From Rhynchopus sp. YZ270_cl-10 (lineage: Eukaryota): 64,000 bases of DNA. A program made the position numbers and the translations under genes. Of the stretch, positions 1 through 11,431 are shown piece by piece. The notes beneath the pieces are model-generated. The model was not told the origin of the DNA and made no database searches. It saw nothing but the letters and a program-made list of their open reading frames with translations. The stretch is taken from contig OZ037835.1 of the NCBI GenBank assembly GCA_964035575.1, positions 1,550,001-1,614,000 on the forward strand. The letters run 5' to 3'. Position 1 is the first letter of the stretch. Each line of letters starts with the position of its first letter.

Positions 1-295
1 GTAGCAATTACTTGTTTTGTTTCTGCGCTAATTATTTTTAATGAAAATCTTTCCCTCCCACCTTCGCCAGAAACGTTTTGATGTCATGACTGTTACTTCT
101 TGTACTGAGGAAATAGTTTCGCTTACTAGAGAGAGCCCAGTGCAGGAAGGGCTTGACGTGGAAAAAGCAGGAGAAAAAGGGTCAGTTTGGTTCTTGATGT
201 ACGTTACCATCCCACGTCATCACGTTTTTGATTGGGGCGAAATGAACGGACCTTTTCGTGCGCGAATGACTTTTGTTGTCACCGTTTTGGACATA
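1..295 (+). repeat. Ankyrin-array intergenic spacer copy (3' flank of an upstream array unit)
   Basis: Near-identical to ~30300-30581 and ~32600-32872 (cccaccttcgccagaaacgttttgatgtcatgact...gttttggacata). Confidence 0.85.
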
Positions 296-316
296 TCTGC
301 TACGGCATCCATAATA

Positions 317-754
317 GGCTAGTTGACGCCACGGGTCGGTTTAGGAAATTTGTCCATTTTTCGGTAAAATCGTGTCCCATACCCCCAAACCCTCCAAAAC
401 TCTCCCGAACCCTCGCATACCCCACCATACCCAACCATACCCGGGTTTGAGAGGGTTAGTAAGGGTAGGGCACAGTGTGCCACAGTGTGGCACGGTATGG
501 TAGGGTTTGGCAGGGTATGGGACATGATTACCCCCAAAAAAAAGGCAAACATGCGGTATGGGAGGGTATGGTAGGGTATGCGAGGGTTTTGGAGGGTTTT
601 GGAGGGTTTTGGAGGGTTTTGGAGGGTTTTGGAGGGTTTTGGAGGGTTTTGGAGGGTTTGGGGGCATTTGAGGGCGGTGTGGTGGGGGGTATGGGACACG
701 ATTTTCCAGAAAAATGGACAAATTTCCTCAACCGACCCGTGGCGTCAACTAGCC
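317..754. mobile_element. MITE-like element, ~70-bp TIRs (GGCTAGTTGACGCCACGGGTCGG...), TA on both flanks, internal (GGAGGGTTTT)n at 582-659
   Basis: Left end is the reverse complement of the right end; TA at 315-316 and 755-756. Confidence 0.8.
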
Positions 755-851
755 TAACTGACACCCCCGGAATTTCACCTTTTTTCTGATTTTTTTACAG
801 TTCACCCCCGATGTTACACTCCCACCCCCCTCAGATTCCCCCCCCCCCCTA

Positions 852-1967
852 GGGGATACGACTCCAGCCATTTTGGCTGGGACCAAACGCACGGAAAATT
901 CATTTGGCATTATCTGGCCATCTCCAAGGCAACTGCGGGTGAAAAACACCCTCAGAGTGGGTCACAGGGGGCCTGTGGGTCGAAAAACGACCCAGAAGCC
1001 ACCCCAGAATACAAAAAAATGGAAAAAAATAGTGAAAAAACGGCTTTTTTCACGTTTTGGCCACTTTGGGCAAAATAGCGATTTTTCGAGAAAAAAATCA
1101 AAAACCGGGATATTTTTTGACATCACAAAGCCTCCTTTGGCACAAATATACCCCAAAAGTGGCCTGTGAGTCCATTCCAACCTGTTTTGGACATATTTGA
1201 CACTTTTGGAAGTGTTTTTTTGGTGTTTTTAGGTCAAAAAAATGCCCAAGACGTCCCCAAGACATCCCCAAGACACTTTGCACACCCCCTGTTACGGTCA
1301 TATTTTTTTCGTTTTTTTGCCTGAAACCCCCAAAATACCCCTCCCGGACCCCACATAGTCCCGAATATCCATCACACACCCACTCAGAGTGAGTAGAAGC
1401 ACCCCAAAAAAAATATTTTTTTTGGGGTGCTTCTACTCACTCTGAGTGGGTGTGTGATGGATATTCGGGACTATGTGGGGTCCGGGAGGGGTATTTTGGG
1501 GGTTTCAGGCAAAAAAACGAAAAAAATATGACCGTAACAGGGGGTGTGCAAAGTGTCTTGGGGATGTCTTGGGGACGTCTTGGGCATTTTTTTGACCTAA
1601 AAACACCAAAAAAACACTTCCAAAAGTGTCAAATATGTCCAAAACAGGTTGGAATGGACTCACAGGCCACTTTTGGGGTATATTTGTGCCAAAGGAGGCT
1701 TTGTGATGTTAAAAAATATCCCGGTTTTTGATTTTTTTCTCGAAAAATCGCTATTTTGCCCAAAGTGGCCAAAACGTGAAAAAAGCCGTTTTTTCACTAT
1801 TTTTTTCCATTTTTTTGTATTCTGGGGTGGCTTCTGGGTCGTTTTTCGACCCACAGGCCCCCTGTGACCCACTCTGAGGGTGTTTTTCACCCGCAGTTGC
1901 CTTGGAGATGACCAGATAATGCCAAATGAATTTTCCGTGCGCAAAAAATGGCTGGAGTCGTACCCCC
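852..1967. mobile_element. Foldback element: ~1.1-kb near-perfect palindrome with no spacer (centre 1414/1415)
   Basis: Mirror ORFs 1098-1379(-) and 1450-1731(+) are identical; ends GGGG(A/G)TACGACTCCAGCC; TA plus poly-C on both flanks. Confidence 0.85.
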
Positions 1968-1977
1968 TACCCCCCCC

Positions 1978-2634
1978 CGGGGCTGCAAGTATACGTATTA
2001 TACGTATAATACGTTCCAACGTATATATACGTTCGGCTGGGGGAGGAAAAAGCTAAATATACGTTACCTATACGTTGCCCTTTGTTGTACTGTACCAGTC
2101 CCCTATGCGACGGGGGTTATCCCAGAATAAGCGCACTTCGAGAACGGCATCTCCAAGTGCCCGGGTCTCACCCTCCTCTCCACAAAACGGAAGAGGAACA
2201 CACATAGTGCTTGGTTTAGTTGGGGAGCAGCAGTGCACCGGCAGCAGAAGAAGGCGAAGACCTCCGCAAAGGGGGCAACAGAGGTTGTCACCGGGCCTCT
2301 TGACGCTCATGTGCAGAGAACAATGATGGGTGCCTACGAAGCTGACCGCGTGATTGCCTCATGGTTGTTCTACACAGGACAACCCTGGACACCTCCTCTT
2401 CTGAGAGGATTCAGGAGATGATCGACACCGTGCGTCGGTTGCCGCCGCAGGCGGAGTACAAGGTGCCCCGACGGGACAAAGTCTCGGGGGGTTTGCTCGA
2501 TGACGAGCACCGCTTTTTTGCTGTAGGAAATGGGTGCAACGTATAGATAGCGTATAACGTATATTTGAACGTATATATACGTAGCGTATATATACGTTCA
2601 AAAAGTGCCCGAGGTACGTATATATACAGCCCCG
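1978..2634 (+). mobile_element. Internally deleted hAT-type transposon with a degenerate transposase fragment
   Basis: TIR CGGGGCTG/CAGCCCCG and subterminal TATACGT repeats. Frameshifted peptide ADRVIASWLFYTGQP...IQEMIDTVRRLPPQAEYKVPRRDKVSGGLLDDE (2341-2507) resembles the region of hAT transposases just upstream of the catalytic/DUF659 domain. Flanks are acccccccc on both sides. Confidence 0.6.
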
Positions 2635-2656
2635 ACCCCCCCCCCCCCCCCCCCTA

Positions 2657-3571
2657 GGCATAGGTGCCCGCCGAGTCGTTTTTGGGCGAGTTGTCGGAAC
2701 TTTACGATTTCACCTAACAACTCGCCCAAAAACTCGGACAACTCGGCCACAACTCGCCCTATACTCGGCACAACTCGCCCTATACTCGGCACAACTCGGC
2801 CACAACTCGGCCACAACTCGCCCATTTTTACAGGCAAAAACATACAGGGATGGGAGGTGACGTTGTAAGGTTACACACATGTAACGTTGGTACAACACAT
2901 AATCTCAAGAAAAACAACCAGGGCTAAGGCCAAACGCCACTCATTACATGCACCTTGTCATATGACTAGTCATAGGTGGTAACTAGGTCGTGGTGGTCCA
3001 TGGGCCACCGTGCACACTCACGGTTTTTGGTAATTGCTGGGGGGAATGGGATATACTCCGTACATGGATACCCACACAGAACACACGGTTCCCCAGACAT
3101 CTGTCAGGCAATCACTGATTCACTTCACACAGGTCGGGCAGGCGCTGCCTGCCCATCCTCTTTTCCTGTCTGCTATCGATTCCAGGTTCACAACGTTCAC
3201 ACGTTTAGTCAAAATGCTTTGGGCGACGACTTCCTTTGGGATACACAAAACCACACAAAGCGCACATTCACAGACCAGCTGTGAAGCGTGGGATGCACAA
3301 GATAAAACGTGATGTGGTGTACCTGTGTACCTGTGTACCTGTGTACCTGTGTACCTGTGTACCTGTGTACCTGTGTACCTGTGTACCTGTGTACCTGTGT
3401 ACCTGTGTACCTGTGTACCTGTGTACCTGTGTACCTGTGTACCTGTGTACCTGTGTTTTTGTAGCCATAAAAAATCCCAAAAAAAAACAACTCGCCCAAA
3501 AAAAATGGGCGAGTTGTTGGCCGAATTTGGGCGAGTTGCCGAGTTGTTTTAACTCGCCGGGCACCTATGCC
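2657..3571. mobile_element. Non-autonomous TIR element (GGCATAGGTGCCCG), subterminal CAACTCG repeats, internal (TACCTGTG)n at ~3317-3456
   Basis: Inverted ends with TA on both flanks; repeated caactcg/cgagttg motifs near both ends. Confidence 0.75.
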
Positions 3572-3573
3572 TA

Positions 3574-4165
3574 GGTGGGGGCAAAACCTTCAGGACGGGT
3601 GAGGCATTTTGACTTTTTTGGACTTCCGCGCAAAGTACCCACAAACCACCCCTCATACCCACCCAGAAATGGGTCAGAAACACCCTGTGACCCGAAAATC
3701 CATGCTAAGGGCGACTCAGAATATGAAAAAATGCAAAAAAATAGTGAAAAAGTGGCCTTTTGACGGTTTTGGCCATGTTGGGTAAAATGGCCATTTTTGG
3801 ACAAAAAAATCAAAAAAACAGCAAAATTTCGACGTCATGACAGCTGCTTGGGCACAAACCTACCCCAGGGAGGTCCTGTGAGTCCATTCCGACCTGTTTT
3901 GGACACTTTAGGTACTTTTTTTGGCCGTTTTTTGGTGTTTTTAGGTCAAAAAATACCCTGGACTTTACCCTGGACGTCCCTGGGCCGCGACTTGCGCCCT
4001 GCTTTTGGACCCACTCTGGGCCAAAAAATGGGTGAAAACCCCCGAAAAAGCACTCCGGGAACCCAGATAGTTCCAAATATCCACCAGAAACCCACCCAAA
4101 CACCTCAAAAACATGCCAGAAAAATATTTTCAAAAACACACTTTTTTCAAAAAGTTCATCTGGGC
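3574..4165 (+). repeat. Single diverged arm related to the 852-1967 / 22834-24410 foldback family
   Basis: Shares aaaaatagtgaaaaa, gtgagtccattcc, cccagatagttccaaat and aaaacacacttttttcaaaa blocks with those elements. Confidence 0.6.
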
Positions 4166-4509
4166 AGGTTGGGGGGTTGGGAGGTTGGTGGTTACCTGTT
4201 TGATTGTTGATTGTTGAATGTCCATGCACTGTAAAAATTTATTTAAAAAAAAAGGAGGAGATGGGGGGGTGATTTCTGTTTTTGTTGATTTCATGATGAT
4301 TTGGGTCCCTCACCCCCTTTGTAAAAATCCCGCCCATACACATATGCAGGAGTCAAGTGACTGACGTGTCTGACTAGTGCCATTGAACACTCTCTTCGGA
4401 GTCCTCTTTGGTTGCCTCTGTGTCACTGGCCTCAGCAAGAGCCTCCTCAGGAACTTCATCCTCCCCAAACACGGACATCCATGACAGGACAAAAAAAAAA
4501 AAAATAATA

Positions 4510-6366
4510 ATGGGAATTGATCATGAAACAGTGCGGGTGGTGGGGAACATCATAGGTCGCAACAGAGTCCAGCTAGGACTGTCGATGCGTGACTGCGAAG
4601 AGATCGGAAAATTGGTGAAAGCTGAGACCGGGGCGTCAATGGGCCTAGCGTACAAGACGTTGCAGCAGCGGGAGAAGCCGTTTAAGGATAAGGCAGAGGC
4701 TCAGGTAGGTGATGTGCAGAAATCGCTCTCTTTGCTTCTGAAGTATTTCCCCCTGCGACTGGGCGGTGACTTCCCGACCATTATCATCACGTGGGATGGG
4801 TATTCACCGTACAGTGCCTTCAGGTCCCAACTTGCACGGAAGAGGCTTGCAGTTGCTGCGACGAACGGGCTTGAAGCGACAAACTTTTTGACGGTCGCTG
4901 ACAAAAAAAAATCCACCTTCCACGACTGGTGGGTTTTTACCTTTCTGCCACAGCTCTCAAACGTTCAAGAGCGCATCCTCAGGAAGGGAGGCTTCGAATT
5001 TTCCCTCCTGTACTACAAAATCGGGGGAGATCATGCCGAGTTGGCAAGTCTCTTCAAAGGTGTCGGCCCCGGGGGACATAGAAGTGCGTTCTGTGCGACC
5101 GACCTGGACGACAGATTGTCTGCCCTGCACAACTGCACCCGCTTGAGCCTTCAAGAAATGGACGCCTGTGGATTCGAGTGCAGCATTGCCGGGCGATTCG
5201 AGCAACCTTGTTACACGCTAACTCCGATGCTGCATGATACCAAGGGGGTGATGCGTTTGCTCATTAAAACCATACCGGGTGCCCGCGACGTAGAAACAAA
5301 GATCCTTGGTAAGCAGGACGGCAATATGACAGGCACGCAGTCACGAACTATCCTACGCAGCCTCATTCAGGAAAATGAGGGGAGCAAACTAATATTGTGC
5401 CAGGCCATGCAGGGCCTTTACTACTTTCGGTATAGTGACATACCAGTGAGGTTCTTCCACACACCAAACCCAAACCCGAACGAGTCGAGGCCATACGCAA
5501 AAGATTACTTGTTCGCATTACTGTGTTACCACCTTACCGTGTATTTGCTTGAATGGGCGAATCCAGGGGTTACGAAAAGCACGTACATGCACTCAGTCGA
5601 ACATTGGTTCGATGAAGAAGACGCACACAGAGTGACCGTGTCGGACGAACTGTTCGAGCATGCCAATGGGGAGAGGAAGCGTTGGACGGCATGCACCTCC
5701 CCAAATACAATGGAACGCGATTTCTTGGCATTCGAAATTGAAACTAAACATGGAGTGCCGATGTCACCACTGGGCCCCCTAACGGACGCGCTTCCCGCAC
5801 TTTGGGAGTTTGATACGTTGTGGCTGTGCAAATGCATAACAGTAGTAGATGAGACTTGGAAAACCGCGTGCACTAACTTGGTGCAGCGACTGCAACGTGC
5901 TGGACTGGGAAAACACATAAAACGCCGAACAGGGTGGGGGCAAAAATTCTTGTCCAACCCTGATGATGAGGGTAGGGTGAAGAAGATTTGCGTGTGTAAG
6001 GAGCCATCATGGAGGGTACCCCCTGTTGTGGAAAGCAAATCAGAACCAGAACCAGAATCAGAATCAGAGGATGCGGGCGAAGGCTATATATGCACCATCT
6101 GTACCAGACTTGGAACACAAACAAATTTCAATACCGCGCACAAGCTCTATTGTCACTACGACGCAAATCACCGCCCTTCAATTACTTGTGCATGCAGGCA
6201 GGAATGCCCCATATGCGAACGCAATGTTTCCAAGCGAGGTTTTAGCCAGCATCTTTTGTGTAATCACTCAGAGGATATTTCCAAGAAACATTGTCCCATT
6301 TGTATGGACGTGTTTTCCTCACCGAGAGCCGTAGAAAATCATATGTACAACATGCACGGAGAGTAG
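4510..6366 (+). CDS. RAG1/Transib/Chapaev-like DDE transposase with three C-terminal C2H2 zinc fingers (618 aa from ATG 4510)
   Basis: Ordered motifs TWDGYS, IGGDHAELASLFKG..HRSAFC, PMLHDTKG, MTGTQSRTIL, TYMHSVEH and SDELFEHAN parallel RAG1 CDGM, GYDEK..CTLC, ALHCDIG, MNGNFARKL, YFHKTLAH and SEGNESGN. Fingers CTIC..H..H and two CPIC..H..H. Confidence 0.7.
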   Translation: MGIDHETVRVVGNIIGRNRVQLGLSMRDCEEIGKLVKAETGASMGLAYKTLQQREKPFKDKAEAQVGDVQKSLSLLLKYFPLRLGGDFPTIIITWDGYSPYSAFRSQLARKRLAVAATNGLEATNFLTVADKKKSTFHDWWVFTFLPQLSNVQERILRKGGFEFSLLYYKIGGDHAELASLFKGVGPGGHRSAFCATDLDDRLSALHNCTRLSLQEMDACGFECSIAGRFEQPCYTLTPMLHDTKGVMRLLIKTIPGARDVETKILGKQDGNMTGTQSRTILRSLIQENEGSKLILCQAMQGLYYFRYSDIPVRFFHTPNPNPNESRPYAKDYLFALLCYHLTVYLLEWANPGVTKSTYMHSVEHWFDEEDAHRVTVSDELFEHANGERKRWTACTSPNTMERDFLAFEIETKHGVPMSPLGPLTDALPALWEFDTLWLCKCITVVDETWKTACTNLVQRLQRAGLGKHIKRRTGWGQKFLSNPDDEGRVKKICVCKEPSWRVPPVVESKSEPEPESESEDAGEGYICTICTRLGTQTNFNTAHKLYCHYDANHRPSITCACRQECPICERNVSKRGFSQHLLCNHSEDISKKHCPICMDVFSSPRAVENHMYNMHGE

Positions 6367-6598
6367 TAGCCTGTTTACATTTTGTTGTTGTTGTTGTATT
6401 TTTTGTTTGTTCAGTGTTGCCACTCTAGAATGTGCTCCACTATTGTTTGTTTGTTTGTTTGTTTGTTTACCGCGAATCTATACAAAGGAATGAATCCCCC
6501 TCCCCCCCCCCCCCCCCCATAGCACTCGTTTTTGTTCCATCGCAATCCCATTAGTCGCACCCTCTTTCCAGGATCCAAAAACCACACCACATCATATC

Positions 6599-7612
6599 AT
6601 GACAAGCAAGCAGACGACGATTGCAAACGACTTTTGTACTGTTTATGTGTACAAAGCGAAGAACCCCGCCAGTGCAACCCCCTTAAGTCACCCTGCACTG
6701 AGGGCCTTGATTTCGAAATGTTTCAAGGTGGACTTCAAGTCCAATGATGGCTCAGTGGCAGCTGAACTTGGCAAAAAATTTGCCATCACACAGGCGAAGA
6801 ACAGGGCAGAGGCTGATGCTGCCAAAGGTGTGTACAGCCTCCGCATCTCCGGGAACGGAGGGGCAGTGAAGGAGACTGTGTTTGGCGGACTCGTGCTGCG
6901 GAAGTTGCCTGGGATATCGGACGCCGCAAAGAAGACGGAGGCGTACAAGCGTCTGGCGCTTGTAGTTCGGGAAGGGGCGTCGCTGGGGGACATGGACATG
7001 GCGTGCTTGTACACGTCCATTGTCAACGAGGGAACAGGGACAGCGGCGGCCAAGGGGGTCATCAAAAGAGGCCCCCGCGCTTCCGTATGGCCTATCATCA
7101 CGGTGATGGGGGAAAAGATGACACCGGGTGGAAAAGTGCACCGAATTTTTATTGAAAACGGTTGCACCGTGTTTTGCACCGACCCGACGCTGCAGGGTCA
7201 CAAGCTGAGCTTTGCGTTGAAGCGGGAGCGCCTTGCCATCGGGGCCAGCATCGGGGTGGTCGACGGTACGTATGATGTCCCCAGCACTCTGTCCCTTGAT
7301 TCGACGAGGGAGACTTCCGTGATGGTGCAGGTGGGAATTACTCGTGTGGACATACCCGTGGGGGCCCCCAACGCACTCTCTGTGAAAATGGACGGGGCAT
7401 CATGGATGTCCGTGTTTGGGGAGGACGAAGTTCCTGAGGAGGCTCCTGAGGATCCTGAGGAGACTCTTGCTGAGGCCAGTGACAGAGGCAAACAAGGAGG
7501 ACTCCGAAGAGAGTGTTCAATGGCACTAGTCAGGCACGTCAGTCACTTGACCCCTGCATATGTGTATGGGCGGGATTTTTACAAAGGGGGTGAGGGACCC
7601 AAATCATCATGA
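6599..7612 (+). CDS. Transposon-associated hypothetical protein; C-terminal half resembles the RPA70 N-terminal OB fold, followed by an acidic tail
   Basis: Open 337-aa frame (ATG 6599). VWPIITVMG..HRIFIENG..L..LAIGASIGV..PVGAP is patterned like RPA1 N-domain PILQVIN..RYRLLMSDG..KIGNP. Confidence 0.5.
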   Translation: MTSKQTTIANDFCTVYVYKAKNPASATPLSHPALRALISKCFKVDFKSNDGSVAAELGKKFAITQAKNRAEADAAKGVYSLRISGNGGAVKETVFGGLVLRKLPGISDAAKKTEAYKRLALVVREGASLGDMDMACLYTSIVNEGTGTAAAKGVIKRGPRASVWPIITVMGEKMTPGGKVHRIFIENGCTVFCTDPTLQGHKLSFALKRERLAIGASIGVVDGTYDVPSTLSLDSTRETSVMVQVGITRVDIPVGAPNALSVKMDGASWMSVFGEDEVPEEAPEDPEETLAEASDRGKQGGLRRECSMALVRHVSHLTPAYVYGRDFYKGGEGPKSS

Positions 7613-7949
7613 AATCAACAAAAACAGAAATCACCCCCCCATCTCCTCCTTTTTTTTTAAATAAATTTTTACAGTGCATGGACATTCAACAATCAACAAT
7701 CAAACAGGTAACCACCAACCTCCCAACCCCCCAACCTCCCACATTTCCAATAAAAATGGCTGTTGCAAGGCATTTCACATGCATAAGGTTGTCAAATGAC
7801 AACCTATAGGTTGTCATTTGACAACCTCAGGTTGTCATTTGACAACCCCTAGGTTGTCACTGACAACCTATAGGGTTGTCATAATTATGACATGTCATTG
7901 AGGTTGTCATTTAGGTTGTCATTTTGCTGACTACCGCACCGTGCACCTA

Positions 7950-10900
7950 CACGACGGACTAGTTATGGCCATGACAGGTGATATGACAGGTGGTGTTACT
8001 AGTTATAAATATGACAGGTGATAATTGAATATTACTAGTAATATGACAGGTGGTACCTGTAAAATGACAGGTGCACCTGTCATTTTGACAGGTGGTACCT
8101 GTCAAATGACAGGTGGTACCTGTCAAAATGACAGGTACCACCTGTCATATGACAGGTGTTTTTGCCGGTGGCTATTGCCTCCCAGGGAAAGGGACTCTCG
8201 AATTTTTTTTTTTGCCCCCTTTTAGGGCGAATTTCGACGATTTGAGGCCATTAAAAGCAAAATTTGACACTTTTGAGCATCTATGGGGGTCTATAACGCG
8301 ATTTTGCGCACCCGATTTTTCGTGGGATTTACGAAAGACAAGTCAATTTTTGACCCCAAAAAAATTCACAAAATTGCCCTCGGTGGTCCTCACCCCCACA
8401 CGTCCTCAATACTGGGCGAAAAAATGCAAAAAAATGCAAAAAAAAACGCAAAAATCGGGTGTTTGACCATCTGGGTGCACCAAATACACGGGAGTGCGGT
8501 ACTAAGCCATAATCAGTCTTTCCGCGCTGAAGAATCCGATGAAGAATTCTTCATTGGAAAAAAATAAAAATACAAATAAAAAAATTGAAGAGGTGGGGTG
8601 GGGCCCGAAGGGCCGCCCACCTCTTTCATCTTCCTCCCAGCCTCCTCGCCCGAGCCATCTGCCGACTATTTCCTTCCGTTGCAACCCGACCTCGGAGATG
8701 ACAAGGAGTGGGGAGAAGCTCCTGGTGGATCCGGCGAAGCCGGGGACAAGCAGAGAGGAGATGAAGACGCAACTGAAGAAGGAGTACGGGATAATGCGAG
8801 TTTGTGCGACTCGCCTTCTGACCCCCTGTTTCGTCTTGCGAAGATGAGCGGGAATTTTCGTGATTGAAGTTGGTGAAGACACGTCTCCGCTCACAAGTTG
8901 TCGACGAACCCCTTGATGCACTCTTGCATGCCAAGAACCATCCCGCGAGTACCTCAGTGAGGAGGTGTCCGCAGAGCTTCTGCATCTCTTTGAATATCAT
9001 AAAGATCCACCCCACCCACCACCGTGCGAAAGCTCGGACCCTTTTTAGGCCAGGAATTCTAGTTTCTCCGCCGGAGGCCCAGAACTTCCGGCGCGCTACG
9101 CGCGCCGGGCTCGGGACGTATTTACCTTTTATGCACAAAATCACTATTCTTCATCAAAAATCCCGCTGCATTTTTTACAATGTACCCTAATTTTTTTTCG
9201 CCTGCGGCGCCGCACGTAGCGCGCCCGGGTTTGGGACCCCTTCTTGAATTTCGAGGGGGCGGTTCACGTTACAGTGGGTCCAGAATCGTAGTTCAATTTA
9301 ACCCCGCTAAGTAACTCGACCAAAACGTGTATCAGCCAAGAACTTGTCCATTTTTTTCAAAATGACCCCGTTACAGTGAGGGTAAAAGTTTGCGGAGATG
9401 CTCGGAAAACCCGAAAAAGGCCAAAAATCCCCCCAAAAGGGAAAAACGAGAACATGTTTCGGCAGGGGGGCAGCGTGTTCTCAGAAAAATCCAAAAATCA
9501 CCTGAAATCCTTATAAAAAACCTGGTGCCCGATCCAAAAAAATGGAAAAAGCCCGGGTGCCCGCCCACCCCTGCAAAAATCGACTTGTACAGCCATTGCT
9601 TTGGTGTGGGCTTGTTCACACCGGGCAGAGTGCGAGTTATTCTCAGCAACACGGCCCCGCCCGGCCCCCCAGATTTTTCCCGTAAGAAAACTACCTGCGC
9701 GAACCAGGCATTTTTTGTCCTCCCTCAAGTGCTCCCTCGAACCTGGCGGGAGGGAGGGAAATAGCTATTTACTGACGCAGTGGTGGGTTTGTACGTCCAA
9801 TGATGTTCTCGTACCTGGAGAGTGGACCGAGTGCGAGGTATGTTTTTAACCCCCGGTTTTCACCACCCCCGCTCCCCCTTTTCGACATTGTCCCGCTCTG
9901 GATGTACGTCTCGTCTCCGGATGTAAATTGAAGCTATTTTTTCCCGCCCAAATTAGCGACTACCAAGATTTGTGCTCCTCTATCTATCTCTTGTTGGGTG
10001 TCCGCCCCGGTACAGCCGGTCATGTACCAAGGTACACTGTTCACGAGAGGGTTTTGTATTTCAAGTCATTGACTCAACTTCTTTTTTTTTGTTAGTAACG
10101 TCACTTTTGTCCTCAATTTCTCTTAACAGGTACCCGAACCGACGACCCTTCATTGTGACAGCGAAGCAGTGCCGACGGACGAGCTGGTGCAAATATTTCA
10201 AAATCAGGTGGCGACCGAGACCACCCCAATTATTATGAAACTCTTAGTCAGTCACTGCTATAGCCATTTAACCCAGGGAGCATAGCTAGTGCAAGAAATT
10301 CGACTTCGGGATCCGGAAAGTCTGTCCTCTGCTTGCGGAGGACTAGGCACAAGAAAATATTGCGTTCCCCCAGAAACCAATTTTTGTCACAGTAATTTTT
10401 GCCCAGGGCATGCTCTTGAAGCATGGCGGCTTGGTGTGAGAAGGGGCAGTGTGTTGTTTTGTTCTAGATTTCAACGGTTGTTAGAACGAGTCAAGTGGAT
10501 GCTTATCTAAACACTGACTTTAGTACAGACCCGAGAGATCACACATGACTTTGAGGAAAGAACAAAGCAATGCATCTGTACCCGCACGCCAGGTTGTAGT
10601 TACTTCAGAATTTTCTTAAGTTTGCGCGAAAGAGAGCGGGGGCAACTCCTTTGTATCATAAGCCCGCTGTGCAGAACAAAGCGAGGAACCTTAAAACACT
10701 ACCTGCGTGGTGGCTGAATTCACATCCCTTAGAATTACCAGAATTCAGCCTTTGTTGAAGTAACGTACATACTTGTATGTGCGTGTCACGCTTCTCCATC
10801 CTTAAATGGGTGCACTGCTTCACTGCAGCGGGTAAGCCTCTCTCGACTAGTGCAAACTTAAGAATTTTCTGCTGGAACTTACCAAAATCGATTTTCTTTC

Positions 10901-11431
10901 ACCCCAAACACCCGCAACACCCCACCTGCTACTTTGGTAGCCTGTGTTGTTGGGAGTTGGTTCTCATGTTGATCCCCAGTGTTTTGCACTGCTTCTTCTG
11001 AGCCCAACGCTGTTTGGCCTGTCGACGTAATAAATACGAAGACAGGGCGGCGGTGCCAACAATTTTCCGATGATGTAACGTTTATCTGATTGATTTATCG
11101 TTTGATATACCTTGTGTCCTACTTCATGCACACCCAAGAAAGGTTATTGAACGGTACTTTCAAGCGATACTTCGTTATGTCATTGGGGGTACCTGGGTAC
11201 CTGGGTACCTGGGTACCTGGGTACCTGGGTACCTGGGTACCTGGGTACCTGGGTACCTGGGTACCTGGGTACCTGGGTACCTGGGTACCTGGGTACCTGG
11301 GTACCTGGGTACCTGGTGCCTGTATTTTGACAGGTGGTACCTGTCAAAATGACAGGTACCACCTGTCAAAAAATTTCACCTGTCATTTTACTAGTAAGAT
11401 CACCTGTCATGGTCATAACTAGTCCGTCGTG
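7950..11431. mobile_element. Non-autonomous CAC-ended element G (TIR CACGACGGACTAGTTATG), subterminal ATGACAGGTG repeats, (GGGTACCT)n at ~11187-11316
   Basis: Inverted ends; TA at 7948-7949 and 11432-11433. Confidence 0.75.

Larger units (their letters stand above)
4166..7943 (+). mobile_element. Two-gene DNA transposon (CMC/Transib-like) with long inverted repeats; left terminus missing
   Basis: 4166-4484 is the inverted copy of ~7400-7737. The right end has GGTTGTCA/TGACAACC subterminal repeats (7786-7922) and terminates ...GACTACCGCACCGTG (reverse complement CACGGTG). Confidence 0.6.

Noticed and set aside
582..659. (GGAGGGTTTT)n and (CCACCT)n as telomeric repeats
   Set aside because: Internal to a MITE or derived from proline codons; no evidence of a chromosome end.
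3317..3456. Repetitive ORFs (VHRYTGTQ, VPGYLGTW, YVTLR, HHAIMPSC) over tandem arrays here and at 11187, 20235, 37907 and 41968
   Set aside because: Translations of 5-8-bp microsatellites; no spacers, so not CRISPR, and no evidence of coding.
6599..7612. Second transposon ORF as a RAG2-like protein
   Set aside because: No kelch repeats or PHD finger visible, and orientation is tandem rather than convergent.
7900..7943. Full RSS (heptamer-12/23-nonamer) at the transposon end
   Set aside because: CACGGTG is heptamer-like, but no ACAAAAACC-like nonamer at 12 or 23 bp.
8539..9010. GC-rich coding-like fragment inside element G
   Set aside because: Short, broken in all frames, no recognisable motif; may be captured sequence but cannot be called.
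10112..11175. Possible decayed MULE-like transposase on the minus strand of the shared interior
   Set aside because: Only a weak RWA...TNS resemblance with many stops; insufficient without a search.
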